Source: Bacteroidales bacterium (GTDB taxonomy: Bacteria; Bacteroidota; Bacteroidia; Bacteroidales; VadinHA17). Taken from it: a stretch of DNA of 64,000 nucleotides. This document shows positions 25,693-35,706 of this stretch, in pieces. The notes beneath the pieces are model-generated. The model worked only from the letters and a program-made list of their open reading frames with translations. It was not told the DNA's origin and did not search any database. Positions within the stretch are counted from its first letter, which is position 1. Every line of letters starts with the position of its first letter. The stretch is from NCBI GenBank assembly GCA_017999895.1, contig JAGNKY010000016.1, positions 2,888-66,887 on the forward strand, in the 5' to 3' direction. A program made the position numbers and the translations under genes.

Positions 25693-26952
25693 TTATTTTA
25701 CAGCATAAAGCTCTTCTTTTTTGACAATCTGAATCAGAGTGCTGTCAGATAGCTTTTTACTAATAGCACTGAATGGTGCCGTGATCACCCTATCGCCTTC
25801 ATTGATACCGGAAATTATTTCGATATAATTATTATCCTGAATGCCGGTTTTAACATCTCTGGCAAGAGCATAGGTTCCATCGGTAATGAAAACAAGAGTC
25901 CTCACTTCATTTCTTGTAGTCGCTTCTCCTGCCAGTGTGGTATCAGTTCTTGTGGTTACAGCCTGTATTGGCACAGCCAATACTGCAGGCTTTGTTATAG
26001 TACGTATATCGACCGAGACCGACATGCCAGGTCGAAGTGGGCTTGGCCTTTCTTCACTCACAAGATGCTTATATGACTCGGGAAGTATAAAAATTCTTAC
26101 ATCGAAATTTATGACCTGGTCTGCAGAGACACCTGTTGTTTTTGCAGAATTGGCAACCATAGTTACAACTCCGGTAAATTTTTCATCCAGATAGGCATCC
26201 ACATTTACGATAGCTGTATCACCAACTTTAACTCTTATAATATCGTTCTCATTTACTTCTACCCTGGCTTCCATGCGCGAAAGATCGGCAATTCTCATCA
26301 TCTCCGTACCTGTCATCATACTTGTTCCTACAACTCTTTCTCCAAGTTCTACAAGAAGCATTGACACAGTGCCTGACATCGGTGCATAAATGGACGTTTT
26401 AATCAGGTTTTCCTCTGCCTCTTTTAATGCAGCCTCGGCACTGGAAACTGAAAATTTTGCAGCATCCACTTCGGCTTTTGCCACTTTATAAGCAGCTTCT
26501 GCCTGCTCAAATTCAGATTGGGAGATTGCCTTTTCTTCGAAAAGTTGCTTATTCCTTTTGTATGCCAGTTCAGCCTGAACAAACTGTGCTTCCGATTGCG
26601 ATAGCCTTGCCCTTGCTGATGATATTGCAGCCAGGGATCTGTCACGTTGTGAAATATAAGTATCGGGTTTTATGCGACATAATAACTGCCCCTTCATCAC
26701 ATCGTCGCCTTCTTTAACATTAAGTTCAACAATTTCACCGGAAACGTCAGGCGTTATTTTAACTTCCTTTTCAGGTTGAATCTTGCCATTTGCGGTAATT
26801 ATTTCAGTAATGCTTCTTATAGATGCGTTCTCAACGGCCACTTTGACTGCAGCTTGTTTACCAAACCATCCTTGTTTCTTGCCTATAAATGCCAGTATAA
26901 TAAGCACAACGGTGACGGGCAATAATATTTTAAGTATTTTATTATTTTTCAT
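25693..26952 (-). CDS. efflux transporter periplasmic adaptor subunit (HlyD/MacA-like)
   Basis: Start moved to MKNNKILKILLPV (26952), 13 nt after the TolC stop. Signal anchor, coiled-coil hairpin (AQFVQAELAYKRNKQLFEEKAISQSEFEQAEAAYKVAKAEV) and a beta-barrel domain. Confidence 0.85.
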   Translation of the reverse strand: MKNNKILKILLPVTVVLIILAFIGKKQGWFGKQAAVKVAVENASIRSITEIITANGKIQPEKEVKITPDVSGEIVELNVKEGDDVMKGQLLCRIKPDTYISQRDRSLAAISSARARLSQSEAQFVQAELAYKRNKQLFEEKAISQSEFEQAEAAYKVAKAEVDAAKFSVSSAEAALKEAEENLIKTSIYAPMSGTVSMLLVELGERVVGTSMMTGTEMMRIADLSRMEARVEVNENDIIRVKVGDTAIVNVDAYLDEKFTGVVTMVANSAKTTGVSADQVINFDVRIFILPESYKHLVSEERPSPLRPGMSVSVDIRTITKPAVLAVPIQAVTTRTDTTLAGEATTRNEVRTLVFITDGTYALARDVKTGIQDNNYIEIISGINEGDRVITAPFSAISKKLSDSTLIQIVKKEELYAVK

Positions 26953-26965
26953 TATATTATAAATT

Positions 26966-28342
26966 TTATTCAGATAATGTAATCGGGATTCCCTTATAAA
27001 AATCAAGCACTTTTATTTTGAATATGAATTCATATTTGGCTTGTGCCATTTCTGACTGTGCTTTCAACAATTGTGTTTTAGCTGCATTATAGTCAACTGG
27101 TGTAACAAGCCCAACATTGAATCTTTGCTCTGAATATCTGAAAGCTTCTTCATTTGCGATTACAGTTTTTATAGTAGCATTATATCTTTTTAAAGCTGCC
27201 TCCCTATCTGCAAAAGCCTGTTGGATATTCTTATAAAGCTGCTTTTTTGTCGCTTCAAGAGCATAATTATTATTTTCTATAGCAAGTTTTGAATTGGAAA
27301 TATTTTTATTGACCTGCCATCCGTTAAGAAAAGGGACACTTACTGAGAAGGAAATTCCATAGTTTATATTATCATTTATCTGGTCGGCAAAAGAATATTT
27401 ACCATAAATCGGGCCAGTAACAGGATCTATGCCGAGAAGTTTTTTTCTGATATCCGAATATCCTGTACTGAATGAGGCGCTCATTGAAATACGAGGACTT
27501 CTACCACCTCTAGCAATTTTAAGGTCGTATTCGCTTGCTTTGAGTTTCATTTCGGCGCTTTTTATTTCCGCTCTGTTATTGCATGCAATATTGAATACAT
27601 CGAGTACATTTTCAGTACTTATATAATTTGTATCTATACTTATTTCGGGAATTGCTATTTCAAACCCCTCAGGTGTCAGAAGTTCTAATAATTGTGCGAG
27701 ATTAAGATAAGAAATACTTAGCTGGTTTTTCAGATTTATAAGTTGAAGCTCTTCCTGAGCAGCCTGTGCTTCGATCTGTAACAGATTCCCCATTGCAACA
27801 CTTCCTGCATCAACAAGCTTTTGGGTTTTTTCAATCTGTAGTTTTGTAATCAAAAACTGGTTTTCAGTTGCAGAAACAAGCTCTCTATTAAGCAATATCT
27901 GAAGGTAGCCAAGTGCTACACTAAGTGCTATATTATCTTTTATGTTTTGAAGATTTTGTTCGCTGGCAAACAATTCATAATTATTTTTTTTTATTGAATT
28001 ATAGTTCTGAAGCCCACTGAAGAGAGTCAAACTGCTTCCTATATAAAAATTATCCGACATAACATTTTCGTGTTCGGTATATTGATAAGTAGTTTGGTCG
28101 AGAGCCCTGCCGAAAGAGTAACTATGAGTTGCATTGCCATTAATCGTCGGCAAAAGTTTAAGTTTTGCAAGGTCAAGAGAATTTTTCTGAACCTCTGTTT
28201 GCAATCCTTGCTGCTTAACCTGAATATTTTTCTCAAGAGCATATTTTATGCAATCTTCAAGTGACCAGACTTTATCTTGAGAGAAAGATAAAAATGAAGG
28301 AAAAAACATGATGAGGATAATCAGAAGTGTAATTTTCTTCAT
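26966..28342 (-). CDS. TolC-family outer-membrane efflux protein
   Basis: 458 aa. Signal peptide, then two OEP repeats (LEDCIKYALEKNIQVK..., ...AKTQLLKAQSEMAQAKYE). Confidence 0.9.
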   Translation of the reverse strand: MKKITLLIILIMFFPSFLSFSQDKVWSLEDCIKYALEKNIQVKQQGLQTEVQKNSLDLAKLKLLPTINGNATHSYSFGRALDQTTYQYTEHENVMSDNFYIGSSLTLFSGLQNYNSIKKNNYELFASEQNLQNIKDNIALSVALGYLQILLNRELVSATENQFLITKLQIEKTQKLVDAGSVAMGNLLQIEAQAAQEELQLINLKNQLSISYLNLAQLLELLTPEGFEIAIPEISIDTNYISTENVLDVFNIACNNRAEIKSAEMKLKASEYDLKIARGGRSPRISMSASFSTGYSDIRKKLLGIDPVTGPIYGKYSFADQINDNINYGISFSVSVPFLNGWQVNKNISNSKLAIENNNYALEATKKQLYKNIQQAFADREAALKRYNATIKTVIANEEAFRYSEQRFNVGLVTPVDYNAAKTQLLKAQSEMAQAKYEFIFKIKVLDFYKGIPITLSE

Positions 28343-28532
28343 AAGTTTTTATATTATATTACTTTCCGTAAACGGAGCTACGAAGATATAAATTATATAA
28401 CTCTACTTTTAACATTATTATTAAAATATTGGCAAAGCATAAAAAATAAGTTTGAAGATTTAAACTAATTATATAATTTTACCACCCTCAATAAAGGGCT
28501 TCTGAAAAGAGAGCCTGAAGTTATGCCTTAGC

Positions 28533-28958
28533 ATGTATCCTGAAAGTATTCTTATAGAACCGTCAAAAAAAACGCCTCGCGTTATTCTTGAAAGAGGTAA
28601 AATTATTATAACCGGAAGATCGATTCCGGAAAACCCTTCTGATTTTTATTCACCTATTTATGAATGGATTTTAAATTACCTCGACGATTGTGCAAAAAAA
28701 ACGGAAATTATTCTTGGCTTTGAGCTCATCAACACAATGTCGATCAAGTGGGTTTTTACTATACTTCGTGAGCTTGAAAAGACATTTGACATGCCCTGTC
28801 AGGTAAGGATTTTATGGTATTATGAAGAAGGCGATGAAGAGATGTGCGATCTCGGACATGTTATCCGGACACTTGTACGCTGCCCACTGAAGATAATTAA
28901 AGTGTCAGATATTGCGGACTTTGATTTTTTGTTCAAAAATTCGCTTTCTAAATTATAA
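28533..28958 (+). CDS. DUF1987 (SiaC-like) protein
   Basis: 141 aa. The N-terminus (I.PSKKTPRVILE..GKIIITGRSIPENPSDFYSPIYEWI) is characteristic of DUF1987. Confidence 0.65.
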   Translation: MYPESILIEPSKKTPRVILERGKIIITGRSIPENPSDFYSPIYEWILNYLDDCAKKTEIILGFELINTMSIKWVFTILRELEKTFDMPCQVRILWYYEEGDEEMCDLGHVIRTLVRCPLKIIKVSDIADFDFLFKNSLSKL

Positions 28959-29002
28959 AAGTATTATTTTTTATAATTTTGCCTCACCTGATAAAGGTTA
29001 AT

Positions 29003-29074
29003 TGACCCATGGTGTAATGGTAACACAACGGATTTTGGTTCCGCAGAGTCCTGGTTCGAATCCAGGTGGGTCAG
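29003..29074 (+). tRNA. tRNA-Gln (anticodon TTG)
   Basis: 72 nt. U1:A72 acceptor TGACCCA/TGGGTCA, D-arm GTGT-AATGGTA-ACAC, anticodon loop TTTTGGT (TTG at 29035-29037), T-arm CCTGG-TTCGAAT-CCAGG. Confidence 0.85.
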
Positions 29075-29155
29075 CTGTTGTATAAGATATTTTTCAAAGC
29101 CTTTATTTCTACATAAAAGGGGCAGAAATTCCTCAGGTTTCTCTCTTTCTTTCTT

Positions 29156-29461
29156 TTATTGTTTTTTCAGTTCTTCAATCTCTTTTTTCTGTTCGGATAT
29201 TGTTTTTTCAAGTTCCGTGATTTTATCGTTCAGACCTTTAATTTCATCATTAAGCCCTTTAATTTTATCGTTAAGGTTATTAATTTCAAGGATAAGTTGT
29301 TCCTTTTCATCTTCCAGTTTCTCAATAATAGGCGTATAATGGGATTTCTGGTAGAACCATGCTGTGAGAAAACCAATAATGGCTGCACCCAAAAGCAAAA
29401 GTATTATTTCTATAACGGCCGTTGTAACCGATTGTGCGAGTAAAATAAGTTTTGTATTCAT
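29156..29461 (-). CDS. small membrane-anchored coiled-coil protein
   Basis: 101 aa. One N-terminal TM helix, then heptad repeats including three tandem 7-aa units (LNDKIKG LNDEIKG LNDKITE). 4 nt downstream of the OmpA-like gene. Confidence 0.55.
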   Translation of the reverse strand: MNTKLILLAQSVTTAVIEIILLLLGAAIIGFLTAWFYQKSHYTPIIEKLEDEKEQLILEINNLNDKIKGLNDEIKGLNDKITELEKTISEQKKEIEELKKQ

Positions 29462-29465
29462 TTTA

Positions 29466-29972
29466 TCACATTTTAATTCTTACTACTGTTCTTCTATTCA
29501 TTGCACGTCCTTTTGATGTTATTTGAGTTGCCAGAGGCTCGTCCTCGCCTTTCGAATCGACAATCATCTTTTCTGAAGGTATTCCTTTTGTTTCCAGATA
29601 TTTTCGGACTGCATTTGCTCTTTCAAGCCCTAATTTATAATTATACTCGGGCGTGCCAATAAAATCTGTATGACCTGTAATTGCAAGTACAGCCGATGGG
29701 TATTTTTCAAGCCAGGTTTTTAATTCAGCCACTCTGGCATCAATAGACGGATCTTCCTTGATTTCTGTCTTGTCAAAATCAAAAAAAATCAGTAGATCTT
29801 CTGGCATGGAGGCGCGAAGCTTCTCGAGCGAATCAGCCACCATGTCAGGTCTTTCAGCAGGGGAAATAACAACAGGCCTTTTCGTTGCAGGTTTCAAAAT
29901 ATCAACATAAAGCCACATCGAGAAGAAAGACCAGATAACGAAAGCAATAAATCCGGTAATCAGAACTCTCAT
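29466..29972 (-). CDS. OmpA/MotB-family peptidoglycan-binding protein
   Basis: 168 aa. N-terminal TM helix, then ITGHTDFIGTPEYNYKLGLERANAVRKYL...NRRTVV. Confidence 0.9.
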   Translation of the reverse strand: MRVLITGFIAFVIWSFFSMWLYVDILKPATKRPVVISPAERPDMVADSLEKLRASMPEDLLIFFDFDKTEIKEDPSIDARVAELKTWLEKYPSAVLAITGHTDFIGTPEYNYKLGLERANAVRKYLETKGIPSEKMIVDSKGEDEPLATQITSKGRAMNRRTVVRIKM

Positions 29973-30100
29973 ATAATCAGGTTTTAGATTCTACAAATCC
30001 CACAGAAATATACAACCTTGTGGGAAATAATTTTATAATATCACTCTACCAAAGTTAAGAAAATGAATGAACTAAAGCAAATAAATTTTTTTGGTGCTTT

Positions 30101-31252
30101 TTATCTTTTTACGGCATAAAGGAGATTTATTGCACGAGTTCGCCAGTTATAGCCGAGAGTAAAAGGAACCTGCTTTACCGGCATTTTATGATATGCCTCA
30201 GCAAGGTCAGGTTCATTAATCCATGAAAACTCTTTCCCCGGCCTCTGATATTTTCCATAAAGTTTAATATCCCAATATTTCTTATCAAAGAATCTATATG
30301 CAATACCAGAATCATCCTGGAGGATTGATTTACTTTTATCAAGTATTAAACTACGTATTTGTGAAAATTCTTTACTATGCATCAGATAAGAAGCGGCTTT
30401 AAGGTAAGTATGACGTATGGGCAATGAATAAAGATACCTTCTTAAGGGTTCGTTCTTTTTCAATCCTTCGTCGGATAAATTTGCTCTGATATAAAATAAA
30501 GTCTGAATTCTATTGCTATTGACAGGGACAAAATCAATTTTCACTCCGGAAGCAAATGACTTTTTGTTTTTCAAACTATCAGAATATTGCCAGTTGCCGG
30601 TGTTGTCGATGCCTATATAATCCAGTGAAACCACTTTGTAACCTCTTCTTTTTATGAAAATTGAAATAAGAGGCGTTGCTCCGCCAACTTCTTCTTTCTT
30701 TAAAGCATCAACCATATGCCCCGTTATGAAATAACTCCTCCTGAATATATCGCTAAGGGAAAGCCAGATGTCGTCAAGATATTCATCCACTTCCGAAGGA
30801 GTCATGTTACAAATATCGGGTAGTTTACCAACTGGCTCGAGTCCTATCAGTATATATTTTGATGCATTGGGATAAAAGGTATTTGCATTCAAAAAATCAG
30901 GACCGCCAAATGGATAAAACAGAACAGAAGTATCGTGTCGGTACGTTATTTCTGTTTCTGCCCAGTTCGACATTTTAATTAACCTTGAAGTATCGAGATA
31001 TGAAAAACCGCTGTCCATGCGAAAAGAAAATTTCTTCCACGAGGTAAGAGAATCGAATTTACCAAGACAATTTCTATTCTCATATTGCTTCCCTGAAAAA
31101 AAGGATATAATATTATCTTTAACAGTATCATAAGGAACGTTGTAAACTTGAGTATCAGGAAGCTTATTTTCGAATACACGTGAATTATTATGACATGATG
31201 AGAAAAATATCAACCAAAAAACAAAAACCGGAATCAATCTAAATGCCGACAT
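30101..31252 (-). CDS. hypothetical lipoprotein
   Basis: 383 aa. Signal peptide with FFSSC lipobox. Overlaps the upstream permease gene by 14 nt, so it is probably co-transcribed. Confidence 0.5.
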   Translation of the reverse strand: MSAFRLIPVFVFWLIFFSSCHNNSRVFENKLPDTQVYNVPYDTVKDNIISFFSGKQYENRNCLGKFDSLTSWKKFSFRMDSGFSYLDTSRLIKMSNWAETEITYRHDTSVLFYPFGGPDFLNANTFYPNASKYILIGLEPVGKLPDICNMTPSEVDEYLDDIWLSLSDIFRRSYFITGHMVDALKKEEVGGATPLISIFIKRRGYKVVSLDYIGIDNTGNWQYSDSLKNKKSFASGVKIDFVPVNSNRIQTLFYIRANLSDEGLKKNEPLRRYLYSLPIRHTYLKAASYLMHSKEFSQIRSLILDKSKSILQDDSGIAYRFFDKKYWDIKLYGKYQRPGKEFSWINEPDLAEAYHKMPVKQVPFTLGYNWRTRAINLLYAVKR

Positions 31253-32546
31253 GTTTCTTTTTTTTCGTTAACAAAAAATAGACAATAAGTCCGGAGAGAG
31301 TGATCCCAATACCTATAAGTGACTGCACAGGCCTGTTTGCAAACACATACACCATCATACATCCTTCAACTACTATAAAAAAAAACGGAATAAAAGGATA
31401 CCCGAAAGTATGATAAAAATTTTCGTTGTTTTTTTTCATACGATGGCGCAAGAAAAAAAGCCCGGCAACTGATGATATAGTGAAAATACTTAGTGTGAAT
31501 CCTATCAAAGTCATTATCTGTTCGAACGTCGAGGTCCAAATAAGAGTAAGTGAAAAAATTGCAAGAAGTATTGTGGCATAAACAGGTGAGCCGTTCTTAT
31601 TTTCCTTGCTAAGTAAACCAAGGGACGGGTAATCCATTGCAATTGCCTGAGTAACTCTTGGACCAAGAATGAGTAAAGAATTTATTGACGCAATAAGACC
31701 GATAGATATAAGCACTGCTATAAATTTTCCTCCGGCATCACCGAAAATATTCTTAGCCGCAATAAATGCTACATCAACTTTCCCTTTAAGTTCATCGATA
31801 GGTACAGTATAAAGGAATATAAAATTAAGAAGTGTATATAGTGTCATCACGATCAGAGTGCCAGTGATAAAGACTACAGGCAGGTTTTTTACAGGATCTT
31901 TTACCTGATGGGCAATATATGCTGCTGAATTCCAACCAGAATAGGCAAAGGAAACATATACCAGCGAAACAGCAAAAGCAGGATTAATTATCTGTTTCAG
32001 ATCTGACTGCATGAAAGTAACCTTAAATCCATCGTAATGCCCTTTTAAGAAACCCATTACGCAAAGTGTAAGAATCAGAGATATATTAAGAGCCGTTGTA
32101 ACAAAATTGAAGTTAGCTCCTGTTCGGAAACTACTCAGATTAAGTAATGTAAGAAGAATAATTATAGTAACTGCCATTATCATAGGAGGAACCGGGATTA
32201 AGTTTCCGGCATAAGTTCCAAGTGCAATAGCTGAAATTGCAAGCGGAGCTGCAAAGCCAATAGTCATTGAAATAAAGCCGGAAAGAAAACCGAATGCCGG
32301 GTGAAATATCTTAGAAAGGAAAATATATTCTCCTCCCGATTGCGGTATTCGTGCCGCCAGTTCTCCATAAGTAAGCGCTCCGCAAAGAGCAACAAGGCCT
32401 CCGGTTATCCATATCAGAACAAGAGCTAGAACAGAATGAACTCCAGCCGCCTGAAGGCCAAGACTTGTATATACTCCGGTGCCTATCATATTTGAAACAA
32501 CAATTGCAATGGCCCGGGATGGATTTATAACTTTTTCTTTGTTCAA
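31239..32546 (-). CDS. APC-family amino acid permease
   Basis: 435 aa with ~12 TM helices. N-terminal VVSNMIGTGVYTSLG motif. Confidence 0.85.
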   Translation of the reverse strand: MNKEKVINPSRAIAIVVSNMIGTGVYTSLGLQAAGVHSVLALVLIWITGGLVALCGALTYGELAARIPQSGGEYIFLSKIFHPAFGFLSGFISMTIGFAAPLAISAIALGTYAGNLIPVPPMIMAVTIIILLTLLNLSSFRTGANFNFVTTALNISLILTLCVMGFLKGHYDGFKVTFMQSDLKQIINPAFAVSLVYVSFAYSGWNSAAYIAHQVKDPVKNLPVVFITGTLIVMTLYTLLNFIFLYTVPIDELKGKVDVAFIAAKNIFGDAGGKFIAVLISIGLIASINSLLILGPRVTQAIAMDYPSLGLLSKENKNGSPVYATILLAIFSLTLIWTSTFEQIMTLIGFTLSIFTISSVAGLFFLRHRMKKNNENFYHTFGYPFIPFFFIVVEGCMMVYVFANRPVQSLIGIGITLSGLIVYFLLTKKKKHVGI

Positions 32547-32781
32547 ACTGAATGCTTTTAAAGCGGATAAAAGTAGTAAACAAAATTAAAAATGAAATAG
32601 GGAATATACTTCATATTGATAAATCTGTAAGGATATCACATGAAGCTGTACAAATCATCAAGGTTTTATCAGGATTGAGGGCACAGGGCATGGAGCACAA
32701 AGCATGGAGCACACGAAGCGAAGGCCCGGGAATCGGGAGAGTTCAGAGCAAAGTAATGAATAAAAAATTACCGATTAACGA

Positions 32782-33114
32782 TTATACGATATTCTTTCTT
32801 AACAGATTAACCGATTCAACAAGGCTTGCCCATTCATTATCGAGCTGTCTCAGATATTCACGTCCTGCTTCGGTTATCATATAATATTTTCTTGGTGGGC
32901 CTTGCTGCGATTCCTCCCATCGGTAACTGAGAAGCCCTGAGTTCTTAAGACGTGTAAGTAATGGATAGAGAGTGCCTTCGACAACTATTACCTTTACTTC
33001 TTTAAGCTGTCGGATAATATCGCTTGCATAACAGGAACTGCCTGAAAGTACCAGGAGAATGGAGTACTCAAGAACCCCTTTGCGCATCTGAGCCGTTGCA
33101 TTATCAATATCCAT
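32782..33114 (-). CDS. PadR-family transcriptional regulator
   Basis: 110 aa. GVLEYSILLVL....YASDIIRQL.........EGTLYPLLTRLKNSGLL...W.......PRKYY.ITE.G. Confidence 0.95.
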   Translation of the reverse strand: MDIDNATAQMRKGVLEYSILLVLSGSSCYASDIIRQLKEVKVIVVEGTLYPLLTRLKNSGLLSYRWEESQQGPPRKYYMITEAGREYLRQLDNEWASLVESVNLLRKNIV

Positions 33115-33163
33115 AAAACATTATTTATTCTTCTTGCCGGACAACTATACTGCAGTAGTTTGT

Positions 33164-33754
33164 TCATACGTTCATTTTCTTTCGAACTTTTTCAAATTCG
33201 CTCTTTACTGCCTCTCTTATAGTGTTTATATCAACAGTTTCGCCCCTCATCTCAATTTTCTGTGCTGTGGTTTTAGCTTCAGGAAGAACTATCCATAAAA
33301 CCAGATAAATAATTATTCCTAATCCGCCCGCAAAAATAAGTGCGAGAAATATCACCCTTATAATCAGGGGATCAACTCGCCAGTAAGCTCCCATCCCGGC
33401 ACAAACACCGCCAAGAATTCTCTTGTCAGGGTCGCGGTACATCCTGTGTGAACCTGATGATTTGGACTTCCCCTTACCTTCTTCTCCTCCTTTGCCTGCT
33501 ATGTCTTCAGGCATCCCAAGCACTTCGATAACCTCCCTCACATCTTTAATTGTAATAACATGTCTGTAATCCGAAAGCCTTGCACGGAATAACTCCGCCA
33601 TCCTGACTTCAATGTCATTGATTATTTCAGATGAACTTTCCTCACCGGAAAACCAGTGCTCGAGACTTTTTAAATACGACTTCAATTCTTCGTAAGCATC
33701 TTCATCTATACTGAAAGAATAACCTCCAAGATCTATTGTTAATGCAATTTTCAT
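33164..33754 (-). CDS. PspC-domain membrane protein
   Basis: Start moved to MKIALTIDLGG (33754). Contains RMYRDPDKRILGGVCAGMGAYWRVDPLIIRVIFL followed by a TM helix. Directly upstream of the PadR gene. Confidence 0.85.
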   Translation of the reverse strand: MKIALTIDLGGYSFSIDEDAYEELKSYLKSLEHWFSGEESSSEIINDIEVRMAELFRARLSDYRHVITIKDVREVIEVLGMPEDIAGKGGEEGKGKSKSSGSHRMYRDPDKRILGGVCAGMGAYWRVDPLIIRVIFLALIFAGGLGIIIYLVLWIVLPEAKTTAQKIEMRGETVDINTIREAVKSEFEKVRKKMNV

Positions 33755-33965
33755 TTTTGAATTTTTATTTGTAACTTTATTATTAATTATTTCATGCAAA
33801 GAAATATAAATTTTCATATACTATGTTATACATAGTAGTAATATTTTTAAAATATATAATATTATTTTTATAAAGAATCTGTATGTCAATTTGTTAAATC
33901 GTTGCGATTATTTATCTGGATCATTCTTTAATTTTTTCTATTTTTATCTGATTTAAAAAAGGATT

Positions 33966-34949
33966 ATGGAACGAAAATATAAATGGGGCATTCTTGCACC
34001 GGGAAAAATGGCAGCCAAATTTACGAAAGGCCTTCAGATACTCAACAATGCTGAGCTTTATGCAGTAGGATCGCGCAACGTCGAGCGTGCAAAAAAATTT
34101 GCATTGGAATACGGATTCAAAAAGTATTACGGCAGTTATGAAGAGCTTGCTCAGGATCCGGATGTCGAAATTATATATATTGCTTCACCCCATTCGATGC
34201 ACTACCAGCATACTATGCTTTGTTTGCGGAATGGAAAAAATGTGATTTGTGAAAAAGTATTTGCAATTAATTCAAGGCAAGTTGAGGAGATGATTGAAGA
34301 AGCTGAAAAACGCAATCTTTTCCTGATGGAAGCTCTTTGGCCGCCATTTCAGCCTTATTATAAAAAGGCTAACGAAATTCTTCAATCAGGAATAGTGGGC
34401 GAAATTCATCATCTGCACGGTTGGTTTTCGTTTCAGCCACCTTTCAATCCGGACGACAGAAAATTCAATCTCAGCCTTGGCGGCGGATCTCTTCATGATA
34501 TAGGAATTTACCCCGTTATAGACAGCCTTACATTCATCGGGGTACCCGATGAAGTAAAATCCTATGCTTTGTTTTCACCTACAGGTTCGGAAGAATCAAT
34601 CAGTATAATATTCCGGTATGATAATAGTAAAATGGCTGATTTATATAGTTCATTCAAAACAAACGAAGGGATCGGATGTAAACTTCTTTGTGACAAAGGA
34701 AATATGATCGTATCGAGAGGAAGAGATATGAACCAGCGGGTAATACTCGAGATTCATGGTAAGGAGCCTGAAGAATTCACCTTCAGGCCTGAAGCAATGG
34801 GATACCACTGGGAAGCTGAAGAGGTAATGCGTTGCCTCGACAAAGGATTAAAGGAAAGCCCTGTAGTCCCTCACTCTTTCAGCATAAACCTGATAAGAAC
34901 GCTCGACAGAATAAGAAAAGAAGCTGGCATCGTATTCCCGGGAGAATAA
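33966..34949 (+). CDS. Gfo/Idh/MocA-family oxidoreductase
   Basis: 327 aa. N-terminal Rossmann fold (WGILAPGKMAAKF) and EKVFA motif. Confidence 0.9.
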   Translation: MERKYKWGILAPGKMAAKFTKGLQILNNAELYAVGSRNVERAKKFALEYGFKKYYGSYEELAQDPDVEIIYIASPHSMHYQHTMLCLRNGKNVICEKVFAINSRQVEEMIEEAEKRNLFLMEALWPPFQPYYKKANEILQSGIVGEIHHLHGWFSFQPPFNPDDRKFNLSLGGGSLHDIGIYPVIDSLTFIGVPDEVKSYALFSPTGSEESISIIFRYDNSKMADLYSSFKTNEGIGCKLLCDKGNMIVSRGRDMNQRVILEIHGKEPEEFTFRPEAMGYHWEAEEVMRCLDKGLKESPVVPHSFSINLIRTLDRIRKEAGIVFPGE

Positions 34950-35073
34950 TCGGGAAATTATATAGGAAAATGGGGTAGAAACCGATAAAAACCTGACTGA
35001 CTTTGATGAGGCAACCTTCTTCAGAAAAAAACTATTCCTGAGTATATTCATTCCAGGCATTTTTGTTTTCTTT

Positions 35074-35631
35074 ATGGGGCTTGTAAAAGCTATTGAAATC
35101 CTCTTCGATGTTGATTTTTCCTTTCTTGGTATTTATCCACTTCATCTGAAAGGACTTCCAGGAATAATACTTTCTCCAATGATACACGCCGATCTAAAGC
35201 ATCTTATGAGCAATTCCATTCCTTTTCTTGTCCTTGGAACAATAATTTTTTATTTCTATTCCGAACCTGCATTAAAAATAGTTTTGTGGAACTATCTTCT
35301 TACCGGCATTCTGGTTTGGCTTACCGGCAGGGAATTAATACATATCGGCTCAAGCGGACTCATTTACGGAATGATGTCCTTCCTTTTCTTTAGCGGCATT
35401 ATAAGGAAATATTACAGACTGACCGCCCTGTCACTTCTTGTTGTTTTTCTTTATGGCTCGATGATCTGGGGTATGTTCCCCGGAGTTTATCAGAATGTTT
35501 CCTGGGAAGGTCACATGATGGGATTTGTTTCAGGTATTATCCTTGCAATATGTTTCAGAAATGAAGGCCCTCAACAACCTGTATATGAATGGCTCGAGGA
35601 AGAAGATGATGAAGAAAATGAAGAGAAATGA
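35074..35631 (+). CDS. rhomboid-family intramembrane serine protease
   Basis: 185 aa, six TM helices. HADLKHLMSN, GSSGLIYG (catalytic Ser) and GHMMGFVSG (catalytic His). Acidic C-tail. Confidence 0.8.
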   Translation: MGLVKAIEILFDVDFSFLGIYPLHLKGLPGIILSPMIHADLKHLMSNSIPFLVLGTIIFYFYSEPALKIVLWNYLLTGILVWLTGRELIHIGSSGLIYGMMSFLFFSGIIRKYYRLTALSLLVVFLYGSMIWGMFPGVYQNVSWEGHMMGFVSGIILAICFRNEGPQQPVYEWLEEEDDEENEEK

Positions 35632-35706
35632 AATATTATTCTAACTTTCAACCCTGATATACCTGTTTAATTTTTTCATGCAAACTATAAATATCTCAAT
35701 ATTAAG

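Noticed and set aside
29159-29443. 94-aa plus-strand ORF mirroring the coiled-coil gene
   Set aside because: It is an antisense reading of an AT-rich repeat-containing gene (Phe/Asn/Lys-rich). The minus-strand product has a credible TM helix plus heptad repeats.
32552-32884. 110-aa plus-strand ORF containing a purine-rich tandem motif (gcatggagcaca x2, ~32690-32720)
   Set aside because: It overlaps the 3' end of the PadR gene on the opposite strand and has a low-complexity translation. The motif is only a two-unit local duplication in an intergenic region.
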